Part shown: positions 25,601 to 36,186 of the stretch, in pieces
Layout of the letters: the number at the start of each line of letters is the position of its first letter
How positions within the stretch are numbered: position 1 is the first letter of the stretch
Source: Macrostomum lignano
Taxonomy: Eukaryota
Assembly (NCBI GenBank): GCA_002269645.1
Contig: NIVC01000135.1
Location: 1 to 64,000 of the forward strand
Reading direction: 5' to 3'
Length of the DNA stretch: 64,000 bases
Notes under the pieces: generated by a model
What the model saw: the letters and a program-made list of their open reading frames with translations, nothing else
What the model was told of the DNA's origin: nothing
Database searches by the model: none
Position numbers and translations under genes: made by a program

Positions 25601-27158
25601 CGGGTCTGTAACCTGTCTGAGTCTGTAACCTGTGTCCGAGTCTGTACATTCAGTACATGATTCTGTAATCTGTGTCCGAGCCTGGAACCTGTGTCCGAGT
25701 CTGTAACCTGTCTGAGTCTGTAACCTGTGTCGAGTCTGTAACCTGTGTCCGAGTCTGTAACCTGTGTCCGAGCCTGTAACCTGTGTCCGAGTCTGTAACC
25801 CGACTGTGTCCGAGTCTATAACCTGTGTCCGAGTCTGTAATCTGTGTCCGAGTCTGTAATCTGTGTCCGAGCCTGTAACCTGTTTCCGAGTCTGTAATCT
25901 GTGTCTGAGCCTGTAACCTGTGTCCGGGTCTGTAACCTGTCTGAGTTTGTAACCTGTGTCCGAGTCTGTAACCTGTGTCCGATTTTGTAACCTGTGTCCG
26001 AGCCTGTAACCTGTATCTGATCCTGTAACCTGTGTTCGAGTCTGTAACCTGTATCCGGGTCTGTAACCTGTCTGAGTCTGTAACCTGTGTCCGAGTCTGT
26101 ACATTCAGTACATGATTCTGTAATCTGTGTCCGAGCCTGTAACCTGTGTCCGAGTCTGTAACCCGACTGTGTCCGAGTCTATAACGTGTGTCCGAGTCTG
26201 TAATCTGTGTCCGAGCCTGTAACCCGGCTGTGTCTGAGCCTGTAACCTGTTTCCGAGTCTGTAATCTGTGTCCGAGCCTGTAACCCGGCTGTGTCCGAGC
26301 CTGCAACCCTGCTGTGTCTGACCCTGTAACCCAATTGTGTCCGAGCCTATAATCGGGCTGCGTCTCTGTGGAATATATATTTTTATTTTCGTCTCAGACT
26401 CCATGATCTAATCGTACTTCATCACCAGCCGCCCCGCTCCCCCCCCCCCCAGCTACAAGTTCATGGAGCTGTTCCCCTGCTCAGAGCAGGAGCTGCGGTC
26501 CCTAGGCTACACGGACCTGGCCAAGCTGTCCCTGGCCGGCCTATCCAACCCGGCCCTCAGCGGCCTGGCCACGGCCGCTGGCATCGACGGCTCCTTCTGG
26601 CTGCAGCAGTCGCGTGACGTCCAGGCCAAACGGCCCGGCGGTGGTGCAGCCGCGGCCGCCTACGCCAAGCCCGACTTCAGCCAGATGCTGCCGTTCCGAC
26701 CGAGGGCGCACCCGCGGACGGACTCGCACCCGGTGCCTGGCGGCGAGTTCCCGCTGCCGCCGGCCGCCTCCCACCTGGTGCGCATCCTGCCGCCGCCTAC
26801 CTGCTTCCGCGGCCCGTTTGTCAACGTGGACCAGCTGATGGAGCAGATGGCCCAGCTGCCGGTGCCGGAGGACTACGTCAGGCGGCAGTACTCGGCCGAG
26901 GACCGCCAGATCGACCAGGGCACCGCCTTCAGCATCGAGGTGGCCACCAGCGGCCTGCCCAGCGGTCTGAAACGGCGCAACCTGTTCCCGCCTGATGCTC
27001 ACCTGTCCTTCATGCTGCCGCCGCCGCCGCCCACCGCCGACCCGGCCGATCCGACCGTCATGCCGGCCGACGCCGAGGCCACCGGCGGCGGGAGCGGCGC
27101 TGGCGGAGCCCCTGCGGAGACCTACAGGCACCGGCTGCAGAAGCGAATCAAAACCTGA
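19678..27158 (+). CDS. CSTF3: Cleavage stimulation factor 77-kDa subunit (CstF-77 / suppressor of forked / Rna14), HAT-repeat protein
   Basis: Exons 19678-19689 (MDRS, tentative first exon before a gtaagt donor), 20331-20522, 20818-20850, 20941-21150, 23272-23629, 23993-24102, 24200-24313, 24605-25137, 26453-27158. The translation matches remembered CstF-77 motifs: [105 protein letters not shown] and the C-terminal [11 protein letters not shown]. Confidence 0.97.
19740..20275 (+). repeat. 23-bp minisatellite (aatcccgtacagaaccgctcttc) in CSTF3 intron 19690-20330
   Basis: About 23 tandem units. Confidence 0.95.
20540..20775 (+). repeat. G/GT-rich short tandem repeats in CSTF3 intron 20523-20817
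   Basis: ggagtgtgggcag-type units followed by ttaagggtagagtgtgcatgggtagaga-type units. Confidence 0.85.
21240..23240 (+). repeat. 23-bp minisatellite (tagaatcgcctgagatatctccc, ~87 units) in CSTF3 intron 21151-23271
   Basis: Highly homogeneous tandem array containing the gagatatctc palindrome. Confidence 0.97.
23645..23945 (+). repeat. 23-bp minisatellite (cagatcccaaatatccctcaatt) in CSTF3 intron 23630-23992
   Basis: About 13 tandem units. Confidence 0.94.
24340..24575 (+). repeat. Degenerate gagattatctgagaatt-type repeat in CSTF3 intron 24314-24604
   Basis: Recurring gtgagatt / gagattatctgagaatt motifs with irregular spacing. Confidence 0.7.
25140..26350 (+). repeat. 19-bp minisatellite (gtccgagtctgtaacctgt) in CSTF3 intron 25138-26452
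   Basis: Starts at the donor (gtgagtctgtacctgtaacc) and includes a ~455-bp higher-order duplication. Confidence 0.95.
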
Positions 27159-27244
27159 CGCTGCGGCCTGACTGGGCTGCTTTCTGTTGTCATCTGTTCT
27201 TGTTAGTGCTGCGGCAGTGCGGCTCCGATCGATTGGAGAGCTTG

Positions 27245-27665
27245 TATTCTGAGGACATGAGATTTTTATAGTTTGTACTCTGAGGCATGAGATTTGGATA
27301 GCTTCTACTCTAAGGCCATGAGATTTGGATAGTTTGTACTCTAAGGACATGAGATTTGGATAGCTTGTACTCTGAGGCCATGCGATTTGGATAGCTTGTA
27401 CTCTGAGGCCATGAGATTTGGATAGCTTGTACTCTGAGGCATGAGATTCGGATAGCTTGTACTCTGAGGGCATGAGATTTGGATAGCTTGTACTCTGAGG
27501 CCATGAGATTTGGATAGCTTGTACTCTGAGGCATGAGATTCGGATAGCTTGTACTCTGAGGCATGAGATTTGGATAGCTTGTACTCTGAGGCATGAGATT
27601 TGGATAGCTTGTACTCTGAGGCATGAGATTTGGATAGCTTGTACTCTGAGGCCATGAGATTTGGA
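27245..27665 (+). repeat. 30-31-bp minisatellite (gagatttggatagcttgtactctgaggc(c)at) just 3' of the CSTF3 stop
   Basis: About 14 units; produces the 10-aa periodic minus-strand ORFs. Confidence 0.95.
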
Positions 27666-28149
27666 GATCTTAGACTGTTGGTGTAGGAGATTTTGAAATC
27701 TTTCCTTGTGGGATCATGAGATTTGAAGAATATCCTACTCTAATTGGACGAGAAGTAGAATATGACATTCGAGCCATCACTGACTGTCGGAGATCGCTGT
27801 TCCTGCAGTACATGCAATTATTTTACATTGTCAACTTGAATTCAAATGCATTGCCACATTTTAATGGTATCCCAGTGTCTGCTCTGGCATGCCGGTGTCG
27901 TGTAATTATTTATTAGTTTCATAATTGTTAAATTATGCGCTTTGCAGCTCCCAGCAGGTGTGTGTGTTTAAGCCACCCTACCTGACTTGACAGTTTCTTA
28001 TTTGATGCATTCTGTACTAGCTAATTAACAGTGTGCTGTATTTATGCGAATTAAATAATAACTCCTAACTGTTAAATATTGGCATTCATTTTTAATCATT
28101 TTGAAAAATATCTTGCTCATAGTTGGCTCTGTTTTCACTGAAAGTTAGT

Positions 28150-28255
28150 GAAAGACAACACAAGTGGTTGCCATAGCGACTATTCATTTAGTTGGCAGGC
28201 TGCGACCAGAACAACAGAGGATCTCAGTAATGACATGCGAGTGTAATTTTATGTT
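28150..28255. promoter_or_regulatory. Conserved non-coding module with RFX X-box GTTGCCATAGCGAC (first of 8 copies)
   Basis: The 14-mer at 28167-28180 fits the X-box consensus RTHNYYWTRRNRAC. It is identical at 33861, 38853, 42745, 47739, 51355 and 56505, with one substitution at 61309. It is followed by conserved gcaggctg.gaccaga...ctcag and atgcgagtgta blocks. Confidence 0.55.
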
Positions 28256-28265
28256 GTGGTGTTTA

Positions 28266-30346
28266 AGACTCAGATATGAGATTCTACAGATCATTAGAGC
28301 GTGCCAGTCGGTGTCTTCCCGCAAAGAATCGTGTCTTTAGCTTTATCCGCTTTCCATATATTCGAAGGCGGCGATTCCGAAAAATTGCAATGCATTCAAA
28401 ACAGGGAAATCCGGGAAAATCAATCAGGAATTGCCTAGATGTATAGGTAGACTCAGATATGAGATTCTACAGATTATTAGAGCGTGCCAGTCGGTGTCTT
28501 CCCGCAAAGAATCGTGTCTTTAGCTTTATCCGCTTTCCATATATTCGAAGGCGGCGATTCCGAAAAATTGCAATGCATTCAAAACAGGGAAATCCGGGAA
28601 AATCAATCAGGAATTGCCTAGATGTATAGGTAGACTCAGATATGAGATTCTACAGATTATTAGAGCGTGCCAGTCGGTGTCTTCCCGCAAAGAATCGTGT
28701 CTTTAGCTTTATCCGCTTTCCATATATTCGAAGGCGGCGATTCCGAAAAATTGCAATGCATTCAAAACAGGGAAATCCGGGAAAATCAATCAGGAATTGC
28801 CTAGATGTATAGGTAGACTCAGATATGAGATTCTACAGATTATTAGAGCGTGCCAGTCGGTGTCTTCCCGCAAAGAATCGTGTCTTTAGCTTTATCCGCT
28901 TTCCATATATTCGAAGGCGGCGATTCCGAAAAATTGCAATGCATTCAAAACAGGGAAATCCGGGAAAATCAATCAGGAATTGCCTAGATGTATAGGTAGA
29001 CTCAGATATGAGATTCTACAGATTATTAGAGCGTGCCAGTCGGTGTCTTCCCGCAAAGAATCGTGTCTTTAGCTTTATCCGCTTTCCATATATTCGAAGG
29101 CGGCGATTCCGAAAAATTGCAATGCATTCAAAACAGGGAAATCCGGGAAAATCAATCAGGAATTGCCTAGATGTATAGGTAGACTCAGATATGAGATTCT
29201 ACAGATTATTAGAGCGTGCCAGTCGGTGTCTTCCCGCAAAGAATCGTGTCTTTAGCTTTATCCGCTTTCCATATATTCGAAGGCGGCGATTCCGAAAAAT
29301 TGCAATGCATTCAAAACAGGGAAATCCGGGAAAATCAATCAGGAATTGCCTAGATGTATAGGTAGACTCAGATATGAGATTCTACAGATTATTAGAGCGT
29401 GCCAGTCGGTGTCTTCCCGCAAAGAATCGTGTCTTTAGCTTTATCCGCTTTCCATATATTCGAAGGCGGCGATTCCGAAAAATTGCAATGCATTCAAAAC
29501 AGGGAAATCCGGGAAAATCAATCAGGAATTGCCTAGATGTATAGGTAGACTCAGATATGAGATTCTACAGATTATTAGAGCGTGCCAGTCGGTGTCTTCC
29601 CGCAAAGAATCGTGTCTTTAGCTTTATCCGCTTTCCATATATTCGAAGGCGGCGATTCCGAAAAATTGCAATGCATTCAAAACAGGGAAATCCGGGAAAA
29701 TCAATCAGGAATTGCCTAGATGTATAGGTAGACTCAGATATGAGATTCTACAGATTATTAGAGCGTGCCAGTCGGTGTCTTCCCGCAAAGAATCGTGTCT
29801 TTAGCTTTATCCGCTTTCCATATATTCGAAGGCGGCGATTCCGAAAAATTGCAATGCATTCAAAACAGGGAAATCCGGGAAAATCAATCAGGAATTGCCT
29901 AGATGTATAGGTAGACTCAGATATGAGATTCTACAGATTATTAGAGCGTGCCAGTCGGTGTCTTCCCGCAAAGAATCGTGTCTTTAGCTTTATCCGCTTT
30001 CCATATATTCGAAGGCGGCGATTCCGAAAAATTGCAATGCATTCAAAACAGGGAAATCCGGGAAAATCAATCAGGAATTGCCTAGATGTATAGGTAGACT
30101 CAGATATGAGATTCTACAGATTATTAGAGCGTGCCAGTCGGTGTCTTCCCGCAAAGAATCGTGTCTTTAGCTTTATCCGCTTTCCATATATTCGAAGGCG
30201 GCGATTCCGAAAAATTCCAATGCAATCAAAAATCGATTTAATCTGAGAGACGATGAGACACGATTCTTTCTGCGGGTGATACCGACTGGCACACTCTAAT
30301 GATGTGTAGAATCTCATGTTTGAGTCTACTGATACAGCTTGGCAAT
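28266..30346. repeat. 183-bp tandem satellite (10 full units plus 1 partial) closed by an inverted copy of half the unit: amplified MITE/foldback element
   Basis: agactcagatatgag recurs every 183 bp from 28266 to 30096. 30256-30346 is the reverse complement (about 85-90% by eye) of the attgcctag...aagaatcgtgtct half of the unit. Confidence 0.93.
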
Positions 30347-30656
30347 GTATACAAGCCTTTAGACTGTCAACTGTCACACCCCACCGTGTCATTCTCTCTC
30401 TGTTGCGGTTTGGTGGGGAAGGGCGGTTCTCCCCCAATCGCCCAGCTTCAACCAATAGGAACAAAATACTATAGAATTCCAGAACGATTCCATGGAAAAA
30501 TTGTGTCTTTCCGTGAACCCAACTGTAATAATAATATTACATGTAGTTTAATCTCCAGGTGATCTGCAGAAAAATGAGCAATTTAAGCATTTCGCCTCAC
30601 CAGAAAGGAGTTTCCATGATAAGAGCAAAGAAACTGAGTTCAGTGGGTACTCTTTG

Positions 30657-31500
30657 GATAAGTGCCGAAGCCGGTCTTGTACTCGGCCCAGAGCCGGTCG
30701 AAGCCCAGCACGTCCGACACCCGCAGGTTGACGGTCTCGAAGCACTGCTGAGTGCCCACAGTGTGGAACTCCTGAGTTTGGATTTCGTGAAATCTTTAAA
30801 GTATTTTTCTTGTGATAGAAATCGATGTGGACTGTCAGAGATGTTAGCTGTTGATCCAGAAAGCAATCAAGATACTTTTACAGCCTTGTTTAAATTAAAC
30901 TCATGCAACAAAAGCAGCAACTGCTAGCAACTTTCACATAACTATTGGCATAATATTGTTACGTGACATTGCCGGCCCCACAGCGCTGAGGCAGTTATGA
31001 CTATTTCGCTGACTCCTGAGCTGGGCTCATACCTTCATGCAGGCTTGAAGATGCAGTACGCAGGAGCGGACTCGTTCGTCTGATCGTCAAGCATGCGCAC
31101 TGTATGAGCCTTGGGGATTTTCCCGCATGGTGGGAATCAGAGAAACTAGACCCCTCAGCTAATTTCTGAGAACAAGGCCCAATTAATGCGGCCGCGCACA
31201 CAGAATCGAACCAAGGCCCAAGGGTCGTGGCGCGCGAGCCGCTGAGCTGCTCAGAGAAACTGCTACTCGCTGGCACAGAAACTGGATCCGGAGAATCCGA
31301 AACTCGCGCGATCGTCTTCAATGCAGACACGATTTACTCAGCAGACCGTGATATCGAAAAGCACTTTTCCAACACTCACATAGACGGTCAGCTCAGAGCT
31401 GTTCGGAGGCTGCTCGAACCAGCGGCACAGCGGGTAGTCGGTGAGCAGAGAGCAGTTGCTGGAGTTGAACACAATCCCACGACAGGCCGGTACCTCGCTG
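30657..31500 (-). pseudogene. Relic copy (copy 0) of the PAN-PAN-FBG gene: 3' half of exon 3 and most of exon 4 only
   Basis: 31500-31380 encodes SEVPACRGIVFNSSNCSLLTDYPLCRWFEQPPNSSELTVY. 30771-30657 encodes EFHTVGTQQCFETVNLRVSDVLGFDRLWAEYKTGFGTY, then homology stops. The intron is expanded by ~530 bp and the 5' end is cut at a minisatellite. Confidence 0.88.
30960..31270 (-). mobile_element. Possible tRNA-derived SINE inserted in the relic's intron
   Basis: Minus strand has an A-box-like cagctcagcgg and a B-box ggttcgattc near 31255-31200. The body and 3' end are uncertain. Confidence 0.4.
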
Positions 31501-31504
31501 CTTT

Positions 31505-32193
31505 CTCTACTAGCACTGATCTAGTGACTCTACCAGCACTGATCTAGGGACTCTACCAGCACTGATCTAGGGACTCTACCAGCACTGATCTAGGGACTCT
31601 ACCAGCACTGATCTAGGGACTCTACCAGCACTGATCTAGGGACTCTACCAGCACTGATCTAGGGACTTTACCAGCACTGATCTAGGGACTCTACCAGCAC
31701 TGATCTAGGGACTCTACTAGCACTGATCTGGGGACTCTACTAGCACTGATCTGGGGACTCTACTAGCACTGATCTAGGGACTCTACTATCACTGATTTAG
31801 GGACTCTACCAGCACTGATCTAGGGACTCTACTAGCACTGATCTGGGGACTCTACTAGCACTGATCTAGGGACTCTACTAGCACTGATATAGGAACTCTA
31901 CCAGCACTGATCTAGGGACTTTACCAGCACTGATCTAGGGACTCTACTAGCACTGATCTAGGGACTCTACTAGCACTGATCTGGGGACTCTACTAGCACT
32001 GATCTAGGGACTCTACTAGCACTGATATAGGGACTACTAGCACTGATCTAGGGACTCTACCAGCACTGATTTAGGGACTCTACTAGCACTGATCTATGAA
32101 CTCTACTAGCACTGATCTAGGGACTCTACTAGCACTGATATAGGGACTCTACTAGCACTGATCTAGGGACTCTACTAGCACTGATTTAGGGAC
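31505..32193 (+). repeat. 23-bp minisatellite (agcactgatctagggactctac[c/t]), unit 1
   Basis: About 30 units; the same array recurs at 39300-39844 and 48187-48454. Confidence 0.96.
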
Positions 32194-32194
32194 T

Positions 32195-33000
32195 TGTAGT
32201 TTACGACCTTCTTTGCCTTCACGCTATTCTCTGACTAGGCGCTTTAGCCCTCTGTCCAACGTGCACTAGCACTGGCCCCGTCAACGTAACACGTCTGTAT
32301 CCGCACGTCGGCAGTGAGTCTATATATATAGCTCAAATATGCAGTCCACGAGACCAGGTTTTTCGCCACACACAAGCGCACTACAATTGCATCGCAAGCA
32401 AGCCTCCCACACCGCCCCCATTGAACTTGCGCGAGGAGCCCCATGCGGCACATACAAAGTGGAGCAAGTGTTGGCTCAGTTCCGCAGCTGTTCGCCGCGG
32501 CCGCTGACATCTCTGACAAGAGGCGACTTCGCCAACTCCTTCTATACACAGCGAGCGAGGACCTACAGGCCATTGCAGCCGGTATCGCCGAAGCCGGTGA
32601 TGACGTCGACAAGCTCATCAAGGCTCTCAATGAGCACTTCATCAGCCAGCTCAACTTGCCCTTCACCCGCTACCAGTTCCGTCTGTGCATCCAGCAAACC
32701 GGAGAGTCCCTGGACGACTGGATGCGGCGGCTCAGCGACACCGCGGACTGCTGCAAATTTGAAGGCCTCCGGGACTTGCTGATCCGCGACCAGCTGATTT
32801 CCGGCTGCAGCTCCGAGCAGCTCCGCAGGAAGCTGCTGGCCATGGACAACGTGGACCTGGGCCAGGCGGTCCGGGTGGCCAGGGCCATGGAGGCAGCTGA
32901 GGCGCAGGCCAGCCTCATGGAGACCAGCGCAGCGACCGTGCAACGGCTGTGGAAGCGCGAGTTCAGGCCATGCGCCTCAGGGACGCCAGCACCAGCTCAA
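32195..33000 (+). mobile_element. Ty3/Gypsy 5' fragment: putative 191-bp LTR (TGTAGT...ACTACA, 32195-32385) plus truncated gag
   Basis: ORF 32443 contains RYQFRLCIQQTGESLDDWMRRLSDTADCCKFEGLRDLLIRDQLISGCSSEQLRRKLLAMDNVDLGQAVRVARAME, typical of Gypsy-type gag. The LTR-like segment has inverted termini and a TATA-like ctatatatatag. Confidence 0.82.
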
Positions 33001-33345
33001 TCAATCAGTTGGGATCGTCTTTAATATGATTGAACAATGCTACATTCTCCAGCGAGCAAACATGCATGTATAGTGTCTGATAAAGCAGACCTCAATGACT
33101 ACCCAAGTATATTCAAGGATAACAAGTTGGCAATAAAATCTCTATAACTGCGCGGCAATGGCCTCCTGTTCTCCGGTTGCTCAGGCTTCTTCTCAAACTC
33201 GCGCGTCGACATCGCACGTCGACATGTGTGATGCTTCTTCCGCGGACGTACGCGATATCGTAGTCGAAAGCGGCCAGTTGGATCGCCCACCGCGTGATTC
33301 TCGCCGACGGGACATTCCGGATCTCCTTGGCTAGGCTGGAGGACT
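32990..33345 (-). mobile_element. Gypsy pol fragment (end of RNase H), inverted relative to the adjacent gag
   Basis: Minus strand encodes IRNVPSARITRWAIQLAAFDYDIAYVRGRSITHVDA, the Gypsy RNase H C-terminal motif. Confidence 0.85.
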
Positions 33346-33346
33346 A

Positions 33347-33812
33347 GATGAGTGCAGTGGAGCACAGAGATGAGTACAGTGGAGCACAGAGATGAGTGCA
33401 GTGGAGCACAGAGATGAGTACAGTGGAGCACAGAGATGAGTTCAGTGGAGCACAGAGATGAGTGCAGTGGAGCACAGAGATGAGTACAGTGGAGCACAGA
33501 GATGAGTGCAGTGGAGCACAGAGATGAGTACAGTGGAGCACAGAGATGAGTTCAGTGGAGCACAGAGATGAGTTCAGTGGAGCACAGAGATGAGTACAGT
33601 GGAGCACAGAGATGAGTACAGTGGAGCACAGAGATGAGTGCAGTGGAGCACAGAGATGAGTGCAGTGGAGCACAGAGATGAGTACAGTGGAGCACAGAGA
33701 TGAGTTCAGTGGAGCACAGAGATGAGTACAGTGGAGCACAGAGATGAGTGCAGTGGAGCACAGAGATGAGTTCAGTGGAGCACAGAGATGAGTACAGTGG
33801 AGCACAGAGATG
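33347..33812 (+). repeat. 22-bp minisatellite (cagtggagcacagagatgagta), unit 1
   Basis: About 21 units; longer arrays at 40995-41745 and 49605-50355. Confidence 0.96.
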
Positions 33813-34313
33813 ATAGATCACGAGCTGTCTGCACAAAAATAGTGATAGAAAGCACAAGCGGTTGCCATAGCGACTTTGTAGTGGGCAGGCTGAGACCAGA
33901 AAGAAGGGAGGACCTCAGCGATGGAATGCGAGTGTAATTTAGTAGTCAGGACACAAAATTTGTCTCACTGCCATGAGATAGAAGTAAGCATGCATAGAGA
34001 CATGATTAGCTGTGTGGTGCCTCGAGACTGACGGCTCAAATTTAGCGCGAAAGGCGAGAGGGCGGTCAGGGGGTGCATGGATCAGTGAGAAGAGGAGTTG
34101 AAGAATCCTACTCAACCGCGACTGCATAAACAATTTCAAAATTTCTGTTTCAATTTAGCACTGCAACTCTGTACTATTTCAATGTATCAGTTCATGACTT
34201 TCACGACAGTGGGCTTCACGTAGTCTCAATGCTCTGCAAAATATCATATGCCAAAAGACGTCGAAAACTTTGCCAAACACCAGGCACTGGCTCGTCTCAT
34301 AGCTCAATGACGT

Positions 34314-36186
34314 TCAGGTGAGCATGAGAATCTCCAGCTGTTTGAAGCTGTAGTACCTTCCATCAGTGATGTTTGTGGGGCATTGCGATACCAAAAGATG
34401 CCTTGGCCCGGTCTGCAGCTGACACATTCAGGGCTGCCGGGTAGTTGAAGTACTTGCCGAACGGACCGGAGTTGTGGCAGCATGCGTGCCAGTGAGGCTG
34501 CTCGTATTGCACTGCACAGTTACTAAAACAAACACTCAATCCGCGATCTCGAGTGACAAACTGCCTGTTCAATCCTTGAATCAGGCCGTCATCAAGGCCT
34601 CCAGCCGGTGCATAGGTGAAGGCAGAAATCGTGTAGTTGGTGCTCTCGGCCAGAATGAGCACGTTCAGGTAGTAGGCGTAGATGTAGGCGTCGTTCCAGT
34701 ACAGCAGTTCGACGCGGAACCGGTTGCTGGGCTGAGCGGTGGTCCGATTGTGCAGCCACTCCAGGCCTGGCGTTATGAAATTCGCAGGTAATGAAATTGC
34801 ATGTTGGTTCTCAACAATTGAACTAAATAAACAAGCCAGCGCACAGAGAAAGAAATCACTAGAGAGGGCCCCTTTTTAAAATTCCAATAGCAAATAACAA
34901 GCGGAACTTTCTGCAACTAGAAGAGACAATATTTCATATATGTGCCAGACCATTGGGGGTTTGGTTGATTGCCATGGCTCCAATTTATCACTTTTGTCAC
35001 ATCCAATTTGACTCCAACATCGAGTACTAGCATGTAGAATTGAAAGTTCCGCCTCACCAGCAAAGTAGTTGCCGTGATAAGTGCCGAAGCCGGCCTTGTA
35101 CTCGGCCCAGAGCCGGTCGAAGCTCAGCGCGTCCGACACTCGCAGGTTGACGGTCTCGAAGCACTGCTGAGTGCCCACAGTGTAGAACTCCTGCGTTTGA
35201 AGTTTGACGTGCAATGTAAAGAAAAGAGTCTACTGTGGTAGCCCTGATCAAGCACTGCTTTCCCAACACTCACATAGACGGCCAGCTCAGAGCTGTTTGG
35301 AGGCTGCTCGAACCAGCGGCACAGCGGGTAGTCGGTGAGCAGAGAGCAGTTGCTGGAGTTGAACACAATCCCGCGACAGGCCGGCACCTCGCTGCACTTG
35401 TCAACGCAGCGAACGAGCGATGAGACAGCCGGCTGGTGCTGAAGAAAGGCGGCGATGATCTTCACCGAGTTGCTGGGAATGTGGACCCGCTTGTGCGTCA
35501 CGTTCCGATCCACCAGGTACGCTGTGAAATATGGATTTTGGGGATGGATTTGATGGGCAATAATGTGAGAAAAGCTAGCATCAGCGTTGAAACTGGCTGG
35601 ATTGCATCAACCTTTCCATGCTTATAAGCATTCTAGAACCCATCGCTTAAACAGACCACAGGTGTAAGACTAGGTTTTCATCGAAAAACTCACCGAGTAG
35701 GCGTGCGGCGTCGGTGCCTCTGAGCAGCTGCTGCTCAAAGTCGCCAGCCTTCCAGATCTGTACACCGTACTCAGGCCGAATCTCCCTGGCAACAAAGCTG
35801 CTGCTGCTCAAGCCCGGCTCGCTCGCATTGTTGATGACGAGCACCTGGCATTCGAGGATCGCGGCTTCCTTAACGACTGCGACAGCGCAGAACGTTGCCC
35901 AGCACTTCCACAGGCAGAGAACATCTGATCGAACACCCGTCTCGTTGAGCAGCTCGCTGCTCACGTAGCTTCCGATGCCGATGAAGCCGCTGCTCACCCG
36001 ATGGTAGAAGCCTCCGGTGACGGCGCTTGGGTCTGCGGCGGAGACCACAGCTGAAAGGGGGGTGAGTGAGCAGTGAGTGAGTAGAGTCTCTCCATCAAGG
36101 TAGCACCATTTTCATGCAGACTCACCCGTGAGCAGCTGGCACAGAAGCAGCTGCAGCGGCTCGGACCGCTTGGCTGTCAGCTTCAT
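34314..36186 (-). pseudogene. PAN-PAN-FBG gene copy 1; last exon has two 1-bp deletions (pseudogene or homopolymer sequencing errors)
   Basis: Exons 36186-36126, 36050-35694, 35521-35274, 35190-35058, 34766-34314. It has gccttggccc versus gcctttggccc (~34405) and a shorter G-run (~34378) relative to copies 2 and 3, giving ...RAKASFGIAMPHKHH* instead of ...RAKGIFWYRNAP...LMLT*. Confidence 0.7.
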
